Below are positions 48,801 through 59,991 of a stretch of DNA of 64,000 nucleotides, in pieces. A model generated the notes under the pieces. The model did not search any database, was not told the origin of the DNA, and saw only the letters and a list, made by a program, of their open reading frames with translations. The stretch comes from a candidate division WWE3 bacterium RIFOXYC1_FULL_40_10. Its GTDB lineage: Bacteria > Patescibacteriota > WWE3 > UBA101185 > UBA10185. A program made the position numbers and the translations under genes. Position 1 is the stretch's first letter. Each line of letters starts with the position of its first letter. Location: the NCBI GenBank assembly GCA_001773215.1, contig MEWB01000001.1, forward strand, positions 69,964 to 133,963, read 5' to 3'.

Positions 48801-51201
48801 TTGGGATCGATGTAGAATATGTAGCCGCGGCATTTGAGATCAGATTTTTCATTCCGTACATATCTGATACCGTTGTTACACCCGAGCCAGAAGGGAGAGC
48901 ATTTGAAACCGATGTCAGGTTATAAATTCCGGTGGCTTCAGTATGTGTTGTTCCTGGTCCGTATATCCTATTTATGTTTTGTAGAGCGACCGTGCTGTTA
49001 GTATTAACCCCTCCGGAATCTGCACTTCCTGCTTCCAAGAGATTAAATACAGCATAGGAGATACCGCTGTGATTATTATTAGTACCTTTCTTGAGTATCA
49101 GTTCGTTATCTATTCCTGTCGTGGTTCCGTATAATTGGGCATTCGCCCTAACTTTGGTAAGAATCTTTTCACCCGTTGCATCTCCTCCTCCGTTTGTGTC
49201 TGTAAAGTCGTAGTCTTCCGAGTGCGCAAAGATATCGGATCCTGTAGCAGTATAGTCTGTATTTATAAGCAAACTAGATCCCGAGTCTGGACCGTAAATC
49301 ATTACGTTTCCGTTGGAAGTTGTTGTGCCATTGGATTCAATAGTGAAGTACCCATCTCCTACCGTAAGAAGCGCGTTAGGTGCAGTTGTACCTACTCCTA
49401 CGTACCCCGTATCCAAGATAGTCATTAGCCCACTATTACCATACCTTACAGCGCCTATATCCGGATCATATACGGCCAGGGTGACATTAGCAGAAGAATC
49501 ATACAAACCAAACTCCCCGTCAGTGAAGATGCCACCGTTACCCAGATACCCGCCACTTCCAGTTAGTGGACCGATTGAGATAGGTATCTCGTTTCCACCC
49601 AGGTATGAATCCCCATTTACCTCGAAGGTAAATAGCCCTGGTGCCGATACACCTATTCCTACTGCTCCTCCGCTTGGATTGAGGACGACGTCCCCACGAC
49701 TCCCAAAGCCTCTAGGGGCTCCGCCACTTATAAATACATCTCCGCCGCTGGAGCCAAACGCCATAAATGCGCCCGCATAGCTTCCCGTTATATATAAATC
49801 GGTCCCACTTCCGAATCCGGGCGTATCCGTCATTTTGATGGTTCTGTTTGCTGATCCATCCAGATATGTATCTCCTGCTATTGTCAATGTCGCTGTTGGT
49901 GCAGTTGTACCTATACCCACATATCCGGCATTATCAATATATAGTGTTCCTGCATCAAAATTAAAATCCGCGGAGTTGGTATCCATGTCAATGGTAGTAG
50001 TTGCATCTAATGTCATTATATCTTTGAACTCCGACCAGTCCAAAGAGTCAGCGGTAATTCCTCCGGCACCTATGGTTCCCCAAGAAAGAGTTCCCGTTCC
50101 ATTGTTAGTTAAAATTCCGCTCGATACATGGGAAGTCGGCCATGAGTATGTTAAGTTCTTTAATTTAATTATATCTCCGTTTGTATCAATCTGAAATTGC
50201 GAACTTGCTCCAACTGATAGGGGAGAAGTTGGGGTATTCGTTCCAATTCCGAATCTGTAGTTGGTATTGTCCCAGTATAAATTTGTGACATTCTGTGCAA
50301 ATTTGCTACCGTTCCCGAACAGTATTCCTCCGGCGGTTGCTGTTGATCCGTTCAAATAACTCAATTCCTGGGCAGTTGTACTTATTGTGGTTCCGCCTAT
50401 ACTCCAGTCTTCTGGGAGATCTACACTGCCCTCAAGTATTAAGTCACCACCGTAGGTTATCTCATCTGCTAAGTGCTCCTCAGTAATTATTCCGGATTTA
50501 ATTTTCACATCATTTAGTCCGGTCCCGACAAGGTCTCCGTTAATATCTAGTGCAGTTTCCAGAGTGGTTTCCGTTACTGTGTCGATTCCCCCGAGCCTGT
50601 TCATTTGTCCTATTGTGACTGTTCCAGTCCCAAAGTTTCCGGAGGCCCCTTGCGTGTCTAACCCTCCTTTTAAAGTTGCTATGCCTTCGGCACTTAGTGT
50701 TTTTGCGAAGTTCGAGTCCACTGTCACCGCGAAGAGGTAGTCTTTTATCGAGTCACTTGCTTGAAGAACATTAGCGAGGGAATTTGAGCGATTTTTTACC
50801 GGGTTTTTTTCCTTACCGGCCGCTGCTCCAAAGATCAAAAGAAATACTATGAAGATAGTAAATGCTAAACTCGTTAGTCTGAAAGCTCTGGATAAGTTGC
50901 TTAAAGGTTTAATCAGAATGTTTTTCTCAACTATTTGTACCCTTGGTGACGAAGAATACGTTGTCACTTTAGTTTGTTGTTTGCTTGCAGCCAGTTTTTC
51001 TTGAAGCTGTAGGATGTCCCCTAGGCCAAAGACCCTATATCCGTTATCCAATCTTTTTGAGTTTATCAGTTTGAGAGATTCATGCCTTCTTAGTGAAGAC
51101 GTTGACATACCAAGCAAAGATGCTGCTTCAGACACACTTAGTTGCGTTCTGTTTTTTATATTCGATATGTCATTAGAGTTCTGTTGGGCAGGAACTTCCA
51201 T
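45802..51201 (-). CDS. Giant membrane-tethered fibre-like protein (1799 aa): N-terminal HTH_17-like domain, single TM, tail-fibre-like repeats, intramolecular chaperone (peptidase S74-like) domain, ~230-aa C-terminal domain
   Basis: N-terminal LSVSEAASLLGMSTSSLRRHESLKLINSKRLDNGYRVF (HTH). TM LTSLAFTIFIVFLLIFGAAAG. Repeated GIGTT(A/N/D)P motifs. Segment SDLAFKENVETLDYGLAEVLALNPVRFDFKK...IGLIAQDVKEIIPEVV matches the tail-fibre/endosialidase auto-chaperone domain. Confidence 0.85.
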   Translation of the reverse strand: MEVPAQQNSNDISNIKNRTQLSVSEAASLLGMSTSSLRRHESLKLINSKRLDNGYRVFGLGDILQLQEKLAASKQQTKVTTYSSSPRVQIVEKNILIKPLSNLSRAFRLTSLAFTIFIVFLLIFGAAAGKEKNPVKNRSNSLANVLQASDSIKDYLFAVTVDSNFAKTLSAEGIATLKGGLDTQGASGNFGTGTVTIGQMNRLGGIDTVTETTLETALDINGDLVGTGLNDVKIKSGIITEEHLADEITYGGDLILEGSVDLPEDWSIGGTTISTTAQELSYLNGSTATAGGILFGNGSKFAQNVTNLYWDNTNYRFGIGTNTPTSPLSVGASSQFQIDTNGDIIKLKNLTYSWPTSHVSSGILTNNGTGTLSWGTIGAGGITADSLDWSEFKDIMTLDATTTIDMDTNSADFNFDAGTLYIDNAGYVGIGTTAPTATLTIAGDTYLDGSANRTIKMTDTPGFGSGTDLYITGSYAGAFMAFGSSGGDVFISGGAPRGFGSRGDVVLNPSGGAVGIGVSAPGLFTFEVNGDSYLGGNEIPISIGPLTGSGGYLGNGGIFTDGEFGLYDSSANVTLAVYDPDIGAVRYGNSGLMTILDTGYVGVGTTAPNALLTVGDGYFTIESNGTTTSNGNVMIYGPDSGSSLLINTDYTATGSDIFAHSEDYDFTDTNGGGDATGEKILTKVRANAQLYGTTTGIDNELILKKGTNNNHSGISYAVFNLLEAGSADSGGVNTNSTVALQNINRIYGPGTTHTEATGIYNLTSVSNALPSGSGVTTVSDMYGMKNLISNAAATYSTSIPNAYGIYSDYQGYFTNAVTTNLYQIYIANPYLYSGATIANNYGLYIEDQTSGTSLDYAIYSVGGTNYFGGNVGVGTTNPTSLFSIGATSPFQIDANGDIIKLKNLTYSWPTGHTTNGVLTNGGTGTLTWATIGATGITPDSLDWSEFTDTMTLDATTTINMDTNTADFNFDAGTLYIDNAGSVGIGTTVPRGAFEVAGETIFGRDTTEIPLTLHTTASNGVYFSNGSISSVGIGGFGGNGDEMIWYRDDTNGLFRYADDAIVADAADNVGIGTTDPDSQMHIVGGDTYIAPDTGYTFDNGTVNEDLYVYGNLEVDGNAYLATLYLGGTQVTSSAAELNMLDGATVTNGGIMFGNGTYMTQDATNFFWADSTDRLGIGTTAPASKLEILGTTEQLRLSYNAGNYSSFTIDSAGNLTFADTGTNIATLGAARAEFFVPTTFSAAGDVAIAYDLNMTNQTASQIESYGPLSIISGESFENNDFTLKTYGTGNAVFNLSGTGDMQLLASDPTILFDTKTATDTNFWMGVQEDAGGDDDDLFMVGDGTTAGTNAFLTIDTSGNTGIGTSTFTKKLTVYDTNSSTSVTAGLLIANDSTTTNSRAGIIFKNYVNNAAAIWSPSTGGYTGNLIFGTTNGGGDGSEGYITAKMTLDELGNLGIGTTDPGAYRLYLSGAEAYCDGTTCWNDASDLAFKENVETLDYGLAEVLALNPVRFDFKKTGDSSIGLIAQDVKEIIPEVVSGEDGSMGIAYGSLTPVLVKAIQDQQNIIDDILAKLDATTQASQTTQSTQSLPADILSEMKKIYDEFTEFSNALGLSTSDGGLLVNSDMSVTGNATFSDVTVTGTLSAGLMSLDPMEDSFDIIGPSCYNQATEKIDTALCDTQTLYLQKGLAGNVDIFNGKIVISPDGNIKVEGQVEATIIKAGEIIVDDASDAVGSSELQANSTSVTVNSKQVSANSVIMVTPTTPTGGQSLIVSEKTAGESFTIEVENEFGTDIKFDWLIVNRE
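47900..48560 (-). repeat. Internal repeat copy A within the 1799-aa gene (partner at 49830-50240), ~75-80% nt identity by eye
   Basis: Encoded protein segments are near-identical (...IKLKNLTYSWPTSHVSSGILTNNGTGTLSWGTIGAGGITADSLDWSEF... vs ...IKLKNLTYSWPTGHTTNGVLTNGGTGTLTWATIGATGITPDSLDWSEF...). Antisense six-frame ORFs 47918-48487 and 49835-50194 mirror each other. Confidence 0.6.
49830..50240 (-). repeat. Internal repeat copy B within the 1799-aa gene
   Basis: See copy A. Confidence 0.6.
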
Positions 51202-51221
51202 ATTTATCCTTGTAATTTCCT

Positions 51222-51281
51222 ACTATATCAATGTTTAGTAAGGATTACACTGTTAATTTTAGAAACCAACTATATCAATGT
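51222..51281. promoter_or_regulatory. Two 13-nt direct repeats ACTATATCAATGT (51222-51234 and 51269-51281) in the divergent control region
   Basis: Exact 13-mer repeated 47 nt apart. One copy overlaps the -35/spacer of the minus-strand promoter; the other lies in the predicted 5' UTR of the giant-gene transcript. Confidence 0.5.
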
Positions 51282-51284
51282 CAA
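51256..51284 (-). promoter_or_regulatory. Near-consensus sigma70 promoter (TTGACA-17-TAAAAT) driving the giant-gene pair
   Basis: On the minus strand, ttgaca is the reverse complement of 51279-51284, the spacer is 17 nt, and taaaat is the reverse complement of 51256-51261. The predicted TSS is about 47 nt upstream of the start codon at 51201. Confidence 0.55.
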
Positions 51285-51305
51285 TAGAATGTTTTTAGGA
51301 ATAAT

Positions 51306-52115
<810 letters not shown>

Positions 52116-52133
52116 CCTGTTACAATTATTTGT

Positions 52134-52739
52134 ATGAACCTGCCCTTAATAGTGTTACTCATAATACTTGGATCAGCCTTGGTTTTAGCGTTATTTTTTT
52201 TGGTAGTTGATCTATTTCTATTCAAAAAAGAATCTCCTACCGAGCTCAACTCTTCGCTAAAGGTTATTGAAAATGCAAAAATAAAGTCTTTGCAAATAAT
52301 TACGAGTGCTTATGAGGATGCCAGAAAAAATATGAGGGTTTCTGACACCATCGGTAAAGAGGCTAAGACAGAGATGGAAGATATCCTTGAGAGGTCTTTT
52401 GAAAAGATGATCGTGACACTTGATACAGTAGGGGGGAATGTCATAAACAACTATCAAGCCACACTCAATAAGTCCCTTGATGTAGCGGCCATACAACTTG
52501 AGAAAAAAATGGAGGAAGCTACACACACTATTTCATCACATGTTACCGATAGTTATGAAAGGGGGGAGGAGGCAGTTGCGGACTTTGTAAAAAAGCGCAC
52601 AAGAGAAGCTGCGGCTCGGATTAGCTCAGAGTTACCACGCGTCATTGAGGAGTACCTATCTGAGAATCTAACGCTTGAAGTTAAGGAGGAAATAATTATG
52701 CGCATGGTAGAGGAGCGTCTCAAAAAGGTTGGTCTATGA
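52134..52739 (+). CDS. atpF: F-type ATPase subunit b-like (single N-terminal TM plus long charged helix)
   Basis: 201 aa. TM LIVLLIILGSALVLALFFLVV then an extended E/K-rich helix. Operon position; ATGA overlap with the next gene. Confidence 0.55.
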   Translation: MNLPLIVLLIILGSALVLALFFLVVDLFLFKKESPTELNSSLKVIENAKIKSLQIITSAYEDARKNMRVSDTIGKEAKTEMEDILERSFEKMIVTLDTVGGNVINNYQATLNKSLDVAAIQLEKKMEEATHTISSHVTDSYERGEEAVADFVKKRTREAAARISSELPRVIEEYLSENLTLEVKEEIIMRMVEERLKKVGL

Positions 52740-53122
52740 AATCCGAGTATAGTGAGATACTAGTAAATTTTAAGACTACTTCAAGATTGTGGGAACATAT
52801 AAAGATGCTTGAGGCCCATTACACTGGAACTTCCCTACAACACAAACCCGATGCTAAATTTATCGACGGGCTGAGACAATATATGAGTAGAGTACCTGTA
52901 ATTCACTTCGCCTGTAGTTTTGAGGTTAGTGAGCGGTTTATCAATCGTTTATACGACTTGATAACAGGGAGATTAGCCAGTGACCTTGTTATTGATGTTC
53001 AACCACTGTTGTGCAAAGGGCTGAAATTTGGTCTGGTATATGACGGGAAAATAGTGGAAGGATCCTTTGGGGATATTTTGGCTGATAAATTGGAACTTAG
53101 TATAGGGGGTATAGGGGAATGA
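52736..53122 (+). CDS. atpH: F-type ATPase delta (OSCP)-like subunit, short (128 aa)
   Basis: C-terminal block DVQPLLCKGLKFGLVYDGKIVEGSFGDILADKLE resembles the conserved delta C-terminus (VDPSLIGG...IDGSV). The N-terminal domain is shortened. Confidence 0.5.
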   Translation: MKSEYSEILVNFKTTSRLWEHIKMLEAHYTGTSLQHKPDAKFIDGLRQYMSRVPVIHFACSFEVSERFINRLYDLITGRLASDLVIDVQPLLCKGLKFGLVYDGKIVEGSFGDILADKLELSIGGIGE

Positions 53123-54571
53123 ATAAGGGAATATTCGAGAAGTACAAGGCGAAGTACTCAGAAGTTGGTTACGTCACTCAGCTTCAAATGCCTGTGGTCT
53201 ACGTTGAAGGGCTTCCTGGAGCAGCAATAGGGGAGTTAGTAGTATTTGATTCAGGGCAACTTGGGTACGTTAGTAGCCTTCAAAGAAGGCTTTGTGGAGT
53301 ACTTTTACTTAGTGACTTACCTGTGGGTGTTGGGTCGGTTGTAAGTAGAACCGGATCAGGAATAAAGATAAATGTTGAACGGGAGTTGTTAGGTACGGTG
53401 GTGTGCAGTTTGTTGAATGTGCTTTGCATCGACTCGGAAGATAGAAATGCCAGATATATCGAGAGTGAAATTCCACTGTTGTCAGTTCGCCGACGGGTAT
53501 CGAAGCCCTTTTTTACAGGTGTGACAAAGATTGATATGCTGGTGCCTCTTGGGGAAGGACAAAGGGAGTTAATATTGGGTGATAGAAACACAGGTAAAAC
53601 TGCTTTTGCCTTACAGGTATTAGCAACCCGCGCTTCCTTAGGCGATATTTGCATTTACGCCGGTATCGGAAAAAAGAAGAGCGATTTAATTAAGGTAAAG
53701 AGTTATCTTGAAAAGTCGGGAGCTTATAATAACTCGGTTATTCTTTTCTTTGATGCGTCCTCGCCCTCGACGGAAATTTACCTGGCACCTTACGTGGCTA
53801 TGACCATTGCAGAGCATTTTAGAGATTTAGGACATAAAGTGACATTGATTTTGGATGATCTTACTACGCACGCTAAGTATTACAGAGAAATATCATTAGT
53901 ATCTGGTGATTACCCCGGACGGGATTCCTATCCGGGGAACATTTTTCATATTCATGCTCGACTTCTCGAAAGAGCGGGGGCTTTTATTAGTCCTGACGGA
54001 AAGGAGACCTCAATTACCTGCTTGCCGATCGCTGAAACAGTAAACAGCGATTTTTCAGGATTTATTCAAACCAATCTCATGTCTATGACAGACGGTCATA
54101 TTTTCTTTGACAGCGCATTCTTTGGAAATGGGTATAGGCCACCAATAAATAATTTTCTTAGTGTAACTAGAGTCGGTAGGCAAACTCAAACATCCTTAAG
54201 GTGGGGGGTAAATAGAGAGTGTGCTTCATTTTTGCTCCTTAACCAAAAGACTGAAAAATTCGTACACTTTGGTACAGAGCTAAACTCTGGAATAGGGGCT
54301 ACGTTAAAAATGAACGAGCTTATACAACAATTATTCACGCAGGAAGAGGACTTTCTAGTCCCAATGAGTGTACAACTAATTACGTTCGCACTAGTATGGA
54401 TAGGTGCATTAAAGTCATCGGTACATACATATATATGTCTATCAAAGGACAAGTATATACGAGAGGACACATACCGTACTTTAACGGATACTCTGGTCAC
54501 TTCCTCGGAATCCCTTAATGATTTCTTGGGTAAAGTTTCGGCCAAAAAGGTTGAATTATTATTAGAAGGAG

Positions 54572-54591
<20 letters not shown>
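53119..54591 (+). CDS. atpA: F-type ATPase alpha subunit
   Basis: Walker A GQRELILGDRNTGKT (alpha-type). The conserved block YLAPYVAMTIAEHFRDLGHKVTLILDDLTTHAKYYREISLVSGDYPGRDSYPGNIFHIHARLLERAG aligns with the alpha catalytic-site region. Confidence 0.85.
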
Positions 54592-56829
<2,238 letters not shown>

Positions 56830-57090
56830 ATGTATAAAAGCAAGACAAACTTTTTATCAGTTATCGTTAAGGACCGACAGGGAGTTGTATTTGATGGTAC
56901 TGCAGCCTCTGTCAGTTCTAAGAATACCTTGGGAACTTTTGATATCTTAAGCGGACACGCTAATTTCATCACTCTCATCTCGGGTTTTCTTATTGTCGAT
57001 AAGGGCAAATTATCTGAGAAAACGATTACACTTGAAAAGGGTATACTGTCAGTTTATGAAAATGCTGTAACCGTATATCTTGGGATTTAA
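56830..57090 (+). CDS. atpC: F-type ATPase epsilon subunit, beta-sandwich domain only (86 aa)
   Basis: LSVIVKDRQGVVFDGTAASVSSKNTLGTFDILSGHANFITLI matches the epsilon N-terminal domain. There is no C-terminal helical hairpin. Confidence 0.65.
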   Translation: MYKSKTNFLSVIVKDRQGVVFDGTAASVSSKNTLGTFDILSGHANFITLISGFLIVDKGKLSEKTITLEKGILSVYENAVTVYLGI

Positions 57091-57098
57091 AATCTGAT

Positions 57099-57743
57099 TT
57101 ATTCCCCAGAAAATTTTAGTTGATAAGATCTACCCATTGAGGAACAAACTGCAATACCTTTGATCCAGTCCGGTTTTACCTTTGACGGACGGTTGGCTTT
57201 TAAAGAAGATATTACACTCGATATGTTCTCTGTAAGGTCAGCTTCTGAAAAAGACAGCTTACCTACAATTGTATGAACAAGTGGAGCATCCTTTTCAGTT
57301 CTGACTTCTACTTTTCCCTTTTTAACCTCTTCGATTGCCAATGCGATGTTATTCGTAACTGTCCCTGTTTTAGGATTTGGCATCATGCCAAGTGGCCCCA
57401 GAATCTTTGCAGCTTTGGCTATCTTTGGCATAAATCCGGGTTCTGTGATTATCACATCGAAGTCCACTTTTGGTTTTAGCGACCCCGTCTCGATTTTTTG
57501 GATGTCTTGCTCTGAAAGTTCAATGTCAGCCTCTGGATATTTTCCGATCGATAGTACAGCTATCTTAACTTTTTTACCGGTCCCTTTAGGTAAAACCACT
57601 GTGTATCTTAGTTGCTGATTTGCTTGTTTTACGTCTAAATCCAAATTGATATGAATTTCCACCGTAGGGTCAAAATTTCTTTTCTTTTCTTCCTTCATTA
57701 ACTTAATGGCTTCTTCTATTGTATATGAGGTTGTGTTTGTCAT
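57099..57743 (-). CDS. rplA: 50S ribosomal protein L1
   Basis: 214 aa. Conserved L1 blocks (KGTGKKVKIAVL...ILGPLGMMPNPKTGTV). Confidence 0.9.
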   Translation of the reverse strand: MTNTTSYTIEEAIKLMKEEKKRNFDPTVEIHINLDLDVKQANQQLRYTVVLPKGTGKKVKIAVLSIGKYPEADIELSEQDIQKIETGSLKPKVDFDVIITEPGFMPKIAKAAKILGPLGMMPNPKTGTVTNNIALAIEEVKKGKVEVRTEKDAPLVHTIVGKLSFSEADLTENISSVISSLKANRPSKVKPDWIKGIAVCSSMGRSYQLKFSGE

Positions 57744-57745
57744 AG

Positions 57746-58177
57746 TTATTTCTCTATTATTACTCCCATAGATCTCGCAGTACCCGCTACTATTTTTTTA
57801 GCCTGATCAATACTCGAAGTATTTAAGTCTTTTAATTTTATGCTGGCTATTTTATCCAGATCTGATGTACTTAATGTTCCTACTTTGTCCTTATTTGGGG
57901 TAGCGGAACCCTTAGCAACTTTTATTGCCTTTTTTATTAAATGTGACGTAACAGGTGTTTTTGTGATAAAAGTGAATGTTCTGTCTTCGTAAGCAGTCAA
58001 AATCACTGGAATTACATCATCGCCCATGCTTTGAGTTTTTGAGTTAAACTCTTTACAGAAATCCATGATAGGAACTCCATGTTGACCCAATGCAGGGCCT
58101 ATTGGAGGAGCTGGGTTTGCTTGCCCTGCTTTGATTGCCAATTTTACTATTGCTTTAATTTTTTTTACTTTAGCCAT
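57746..58177 (-). CDS. rplK: 50S ribosomal protein L11
   Basis: [35 protein letters not shown] is the canonical L11 N-terminus. Confidence 0.9.
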   Translation of the reverse strand: MAKVKKIKAIVKLAIKAGQANPAPPIGPALGQHGVPIMDFCKEFNSKTQSMGDDVIPVILTAYEDRTFTFITKTPVTSHLIKKAIKVAKGSATPNKDKVGTLSTSDLDKIASIKLKDLNTSSIDQAKKIVAGTARSMGVIIEK

Positions 58178-58196
58178 ATTTCCTTATTTATAAATT

Positions 58197-58808
58197 TTAT
58201 AGGCGGGATACTTGCGCAAAGTCAAGTTCTACAGGTGTTTCTCTGCCAAAAACTGATATTAATACACGCACCTTACCTTGGTTTTCATTCACTTCGTCCA
58301 CTTTACCCAACATATCTTTAAACGGACCCTCGATTATTTTTACCGAATCTTCGACTGAAAACTTTGCTTCATATTTAGGCGCTTCCATCTTGGCAAATTT
58401 CATCAACGATTTTACCTCACTTTCGGCTAATGGAGTAGGGGTAGTCCCCATTCCTACAAAGCCTGTCACCCCTGGTGTAGATCTAACAATATACCAGGTA
58501 TCGTCATCCATTAACATATTTACCATTAAGTATCCTGGAAAAAGTTTCTCATCTACTGATCTCTTTTTTCCTTCCGAAACCACTATCTTTTGTTGATGAG
58601 GTACGAATAGCTTAAAAACTCTATCTGTATATCCACCGGCTTCTATTCTTTGCTTAAGAGTAATAGCAACTTTGTTTTCATGGCCGGAGTAAGTGTGAAC
58701 AACGTACCACTTGGCATTTTCAGAACCGTCTTTGTTGATTACAACGACATTATCGTTGTCTTCGTCAGTATTCACTTGTGTAGCATCTAGGTTTTTATCT
58801 TGATCCAT
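58197..58808 (-). CDS. nusG: Transcription antitermination factor NusG
   Basis: KWYVVHTYSGHENKV (NGN domain) and a C-terminal KOW (GKVDEVNENQGKVRVLISVFGRETPVELDF). Acidic N-terminal extension. Confidence 0.9.
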   Translation of the reverse strand: MDQDKNLDATQVNTDEDNDNVVVINKDGSENAKWYVVHTYSGHENKVAITLKQRIEAGGYTDRVFKLFVPHQQKIVVSEGKKRSVDEKLFPGYLMVNMLMDDDTWYIVRSTPGVTGFVGMGTTPTPLAESEVKSLMKFAKMEAPKYEAKFSVEDSVKIIEGPFKDMLGKVDEVNENQGKVRVLISVFGRETPVELDFAQVSRL

Positions 58809-58809
58809 A

Positions 58810-59034
58810 TTATCCTTTGTAGCTTAAAACTATGTTAAGTATTGTAGCAAAGATGTAATCAAAAAACATCACGAAAAGTCCTATGACTAAGCTTGCACCG
58901 ATTACATAAGCAGTTAATCTTTTTACCTCAGTTCTTGAGGGCCATTGTACCTTTCTTAGCTCTTCCAAAGAGCTTTTTGCATACTCAGCTATTTTCACGC
59001 AGCAAATTGTAACACTTTTATGTTGCGATAACAA
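58810..59034 (-). CDS. secE: Preprotein translocase subunit SecE
   Basis: Single C-terminal TM (LTAYVIGASLVIGLFVMFF) preceded by KVQWPSRTEVK. Standard position upstream of nusG. TTG start at 59034, or an internal GTG. Confidence 0.7.
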   Translation of the reverse strand: MLSQHKSVTICCVKIAEYAKSSLEELRKVQWPSRTEVKRLTAYVIGASLVIGLFVMFFDYIFATILNIVLSYKG

Positions 59035-59068
59035 TAATATAACTATTTTAAGGTATAATATTTGAACT

Positions 59069-59671
59069 ATGCTAATTAATCTACTTTTTCAAAGTCCTTT
59101 GTTGTTTATTCTGCTTGCCGGAATATTAGTACTGTCACTTAGCATCCATGAATTTTCTCATGCTTATGTGGCAAGTTTACTGGGTGACGATACGGCAAAG
59201 TTTCAGGGCAGAGTTAGTTTGGATCCCAGGAAACATTTAGATCCTATCGGAACTTTGGCACTACTATTTTTGGGGTTTGGCTGGGGCAAACCTGTGCCGT
59301 TTGATCCTTCCCGGCTATCTAATCCAAAAAGAGATTCGGCTCTTATATCTGTAGCAGGGCCTTTATCTAACTTACTATTAGCAATTGCCATGTCAATGGC
59401 TGCCAAGTTCTCCGGAGGAATCGTGTTAAGCATTTTAGCCACTGCTGTGTATGTGAACCTGGCCTTAGCATTTTTTAACCTGCTGCCCATACATCCTCTC
59501 GATGGTTTTAAAGCAGTTCTTGGTCTCTTGCCCAACAGCCTAGCAATTCAATGGTTGGAATTGCAGGATTATGGGGTTTATATATTAATGCTTCTGATTA
59601 TCACCGGATATGTTGAAAAGATAATAAATCCTCTTGTTCATTATTCTTCCCTCCTTTTAGGTATAGCATAA
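59069..59671 (+). CDS. Peptidase M50 (site-2 protease) family membrane metalloprotease
   Basis: HEFSHA (HExxH) in TM1. LLPIHPLDGFK (LDG motif) in a later TM. Four TM helices. Confidence 0.7.
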   Translation: MLINLLFQSPLLFILLAGILVLSLSIHEFSHAYVASLLGDDTAKFQGRVSLDPRKHLDPIGTLALLFLGFGWGKPVPFDPSRLSNPKRDSALISVAGPLSNLLLAIAMSMAAKFSGGIVLSILATAVYVNLALAFFNLLPIHPLDGFKAVLGLLPNSLAIQWLELQDYGVYILMLLIITGYVEKIINPLVHYSSLLLGIA

Positions 59672-59944
59672 AGTGCCATTGCCTTTTACTTTTTCCACTT
59701 GACTAACTTGGATCCAAAAGTTAGTATTTAGATACACATAGATGCAAATCTCTGTGGAGAGAATCCTGATGTGTTTGTGTTCAAGTTAGAGGTCTGGAGA
59801 ATCCTGAACTATTTTCTCCTTTTGGGTTTTTAAAATGACCAAAGATTAAATGCTTCGGTCTAGAACCCACCTAAATTTGAGGAGGGATCCGCTCTAACAA
59901 AGCAGCACATCGGGTTGTAATCATAAATATTCAAACATACGCTA

Positions 59945-59975
59945 AAGCGGGTCACTTAGACCCGCTTAGCTTTTT
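59945..59975 (+). terminator. Rho-independent terminator immediately upstream of folD
   Basis: aagcgggtc / loop actta / gacccgctt followed by agcttttt. Confidence 0.55.
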
Positions 59976-59991
59976 GTGTATAATCAACAAC

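Noticed and set aside
35922-51201. CRISPR-like or tandem DNA repeats suggested by repetitive six-frame translations
   Set aside because: The repetition is at the level of protein-domain repeats with diverged DNA (no short exact direct repeats with unique spacers). No cas genes are present. Not a CRISPR array.
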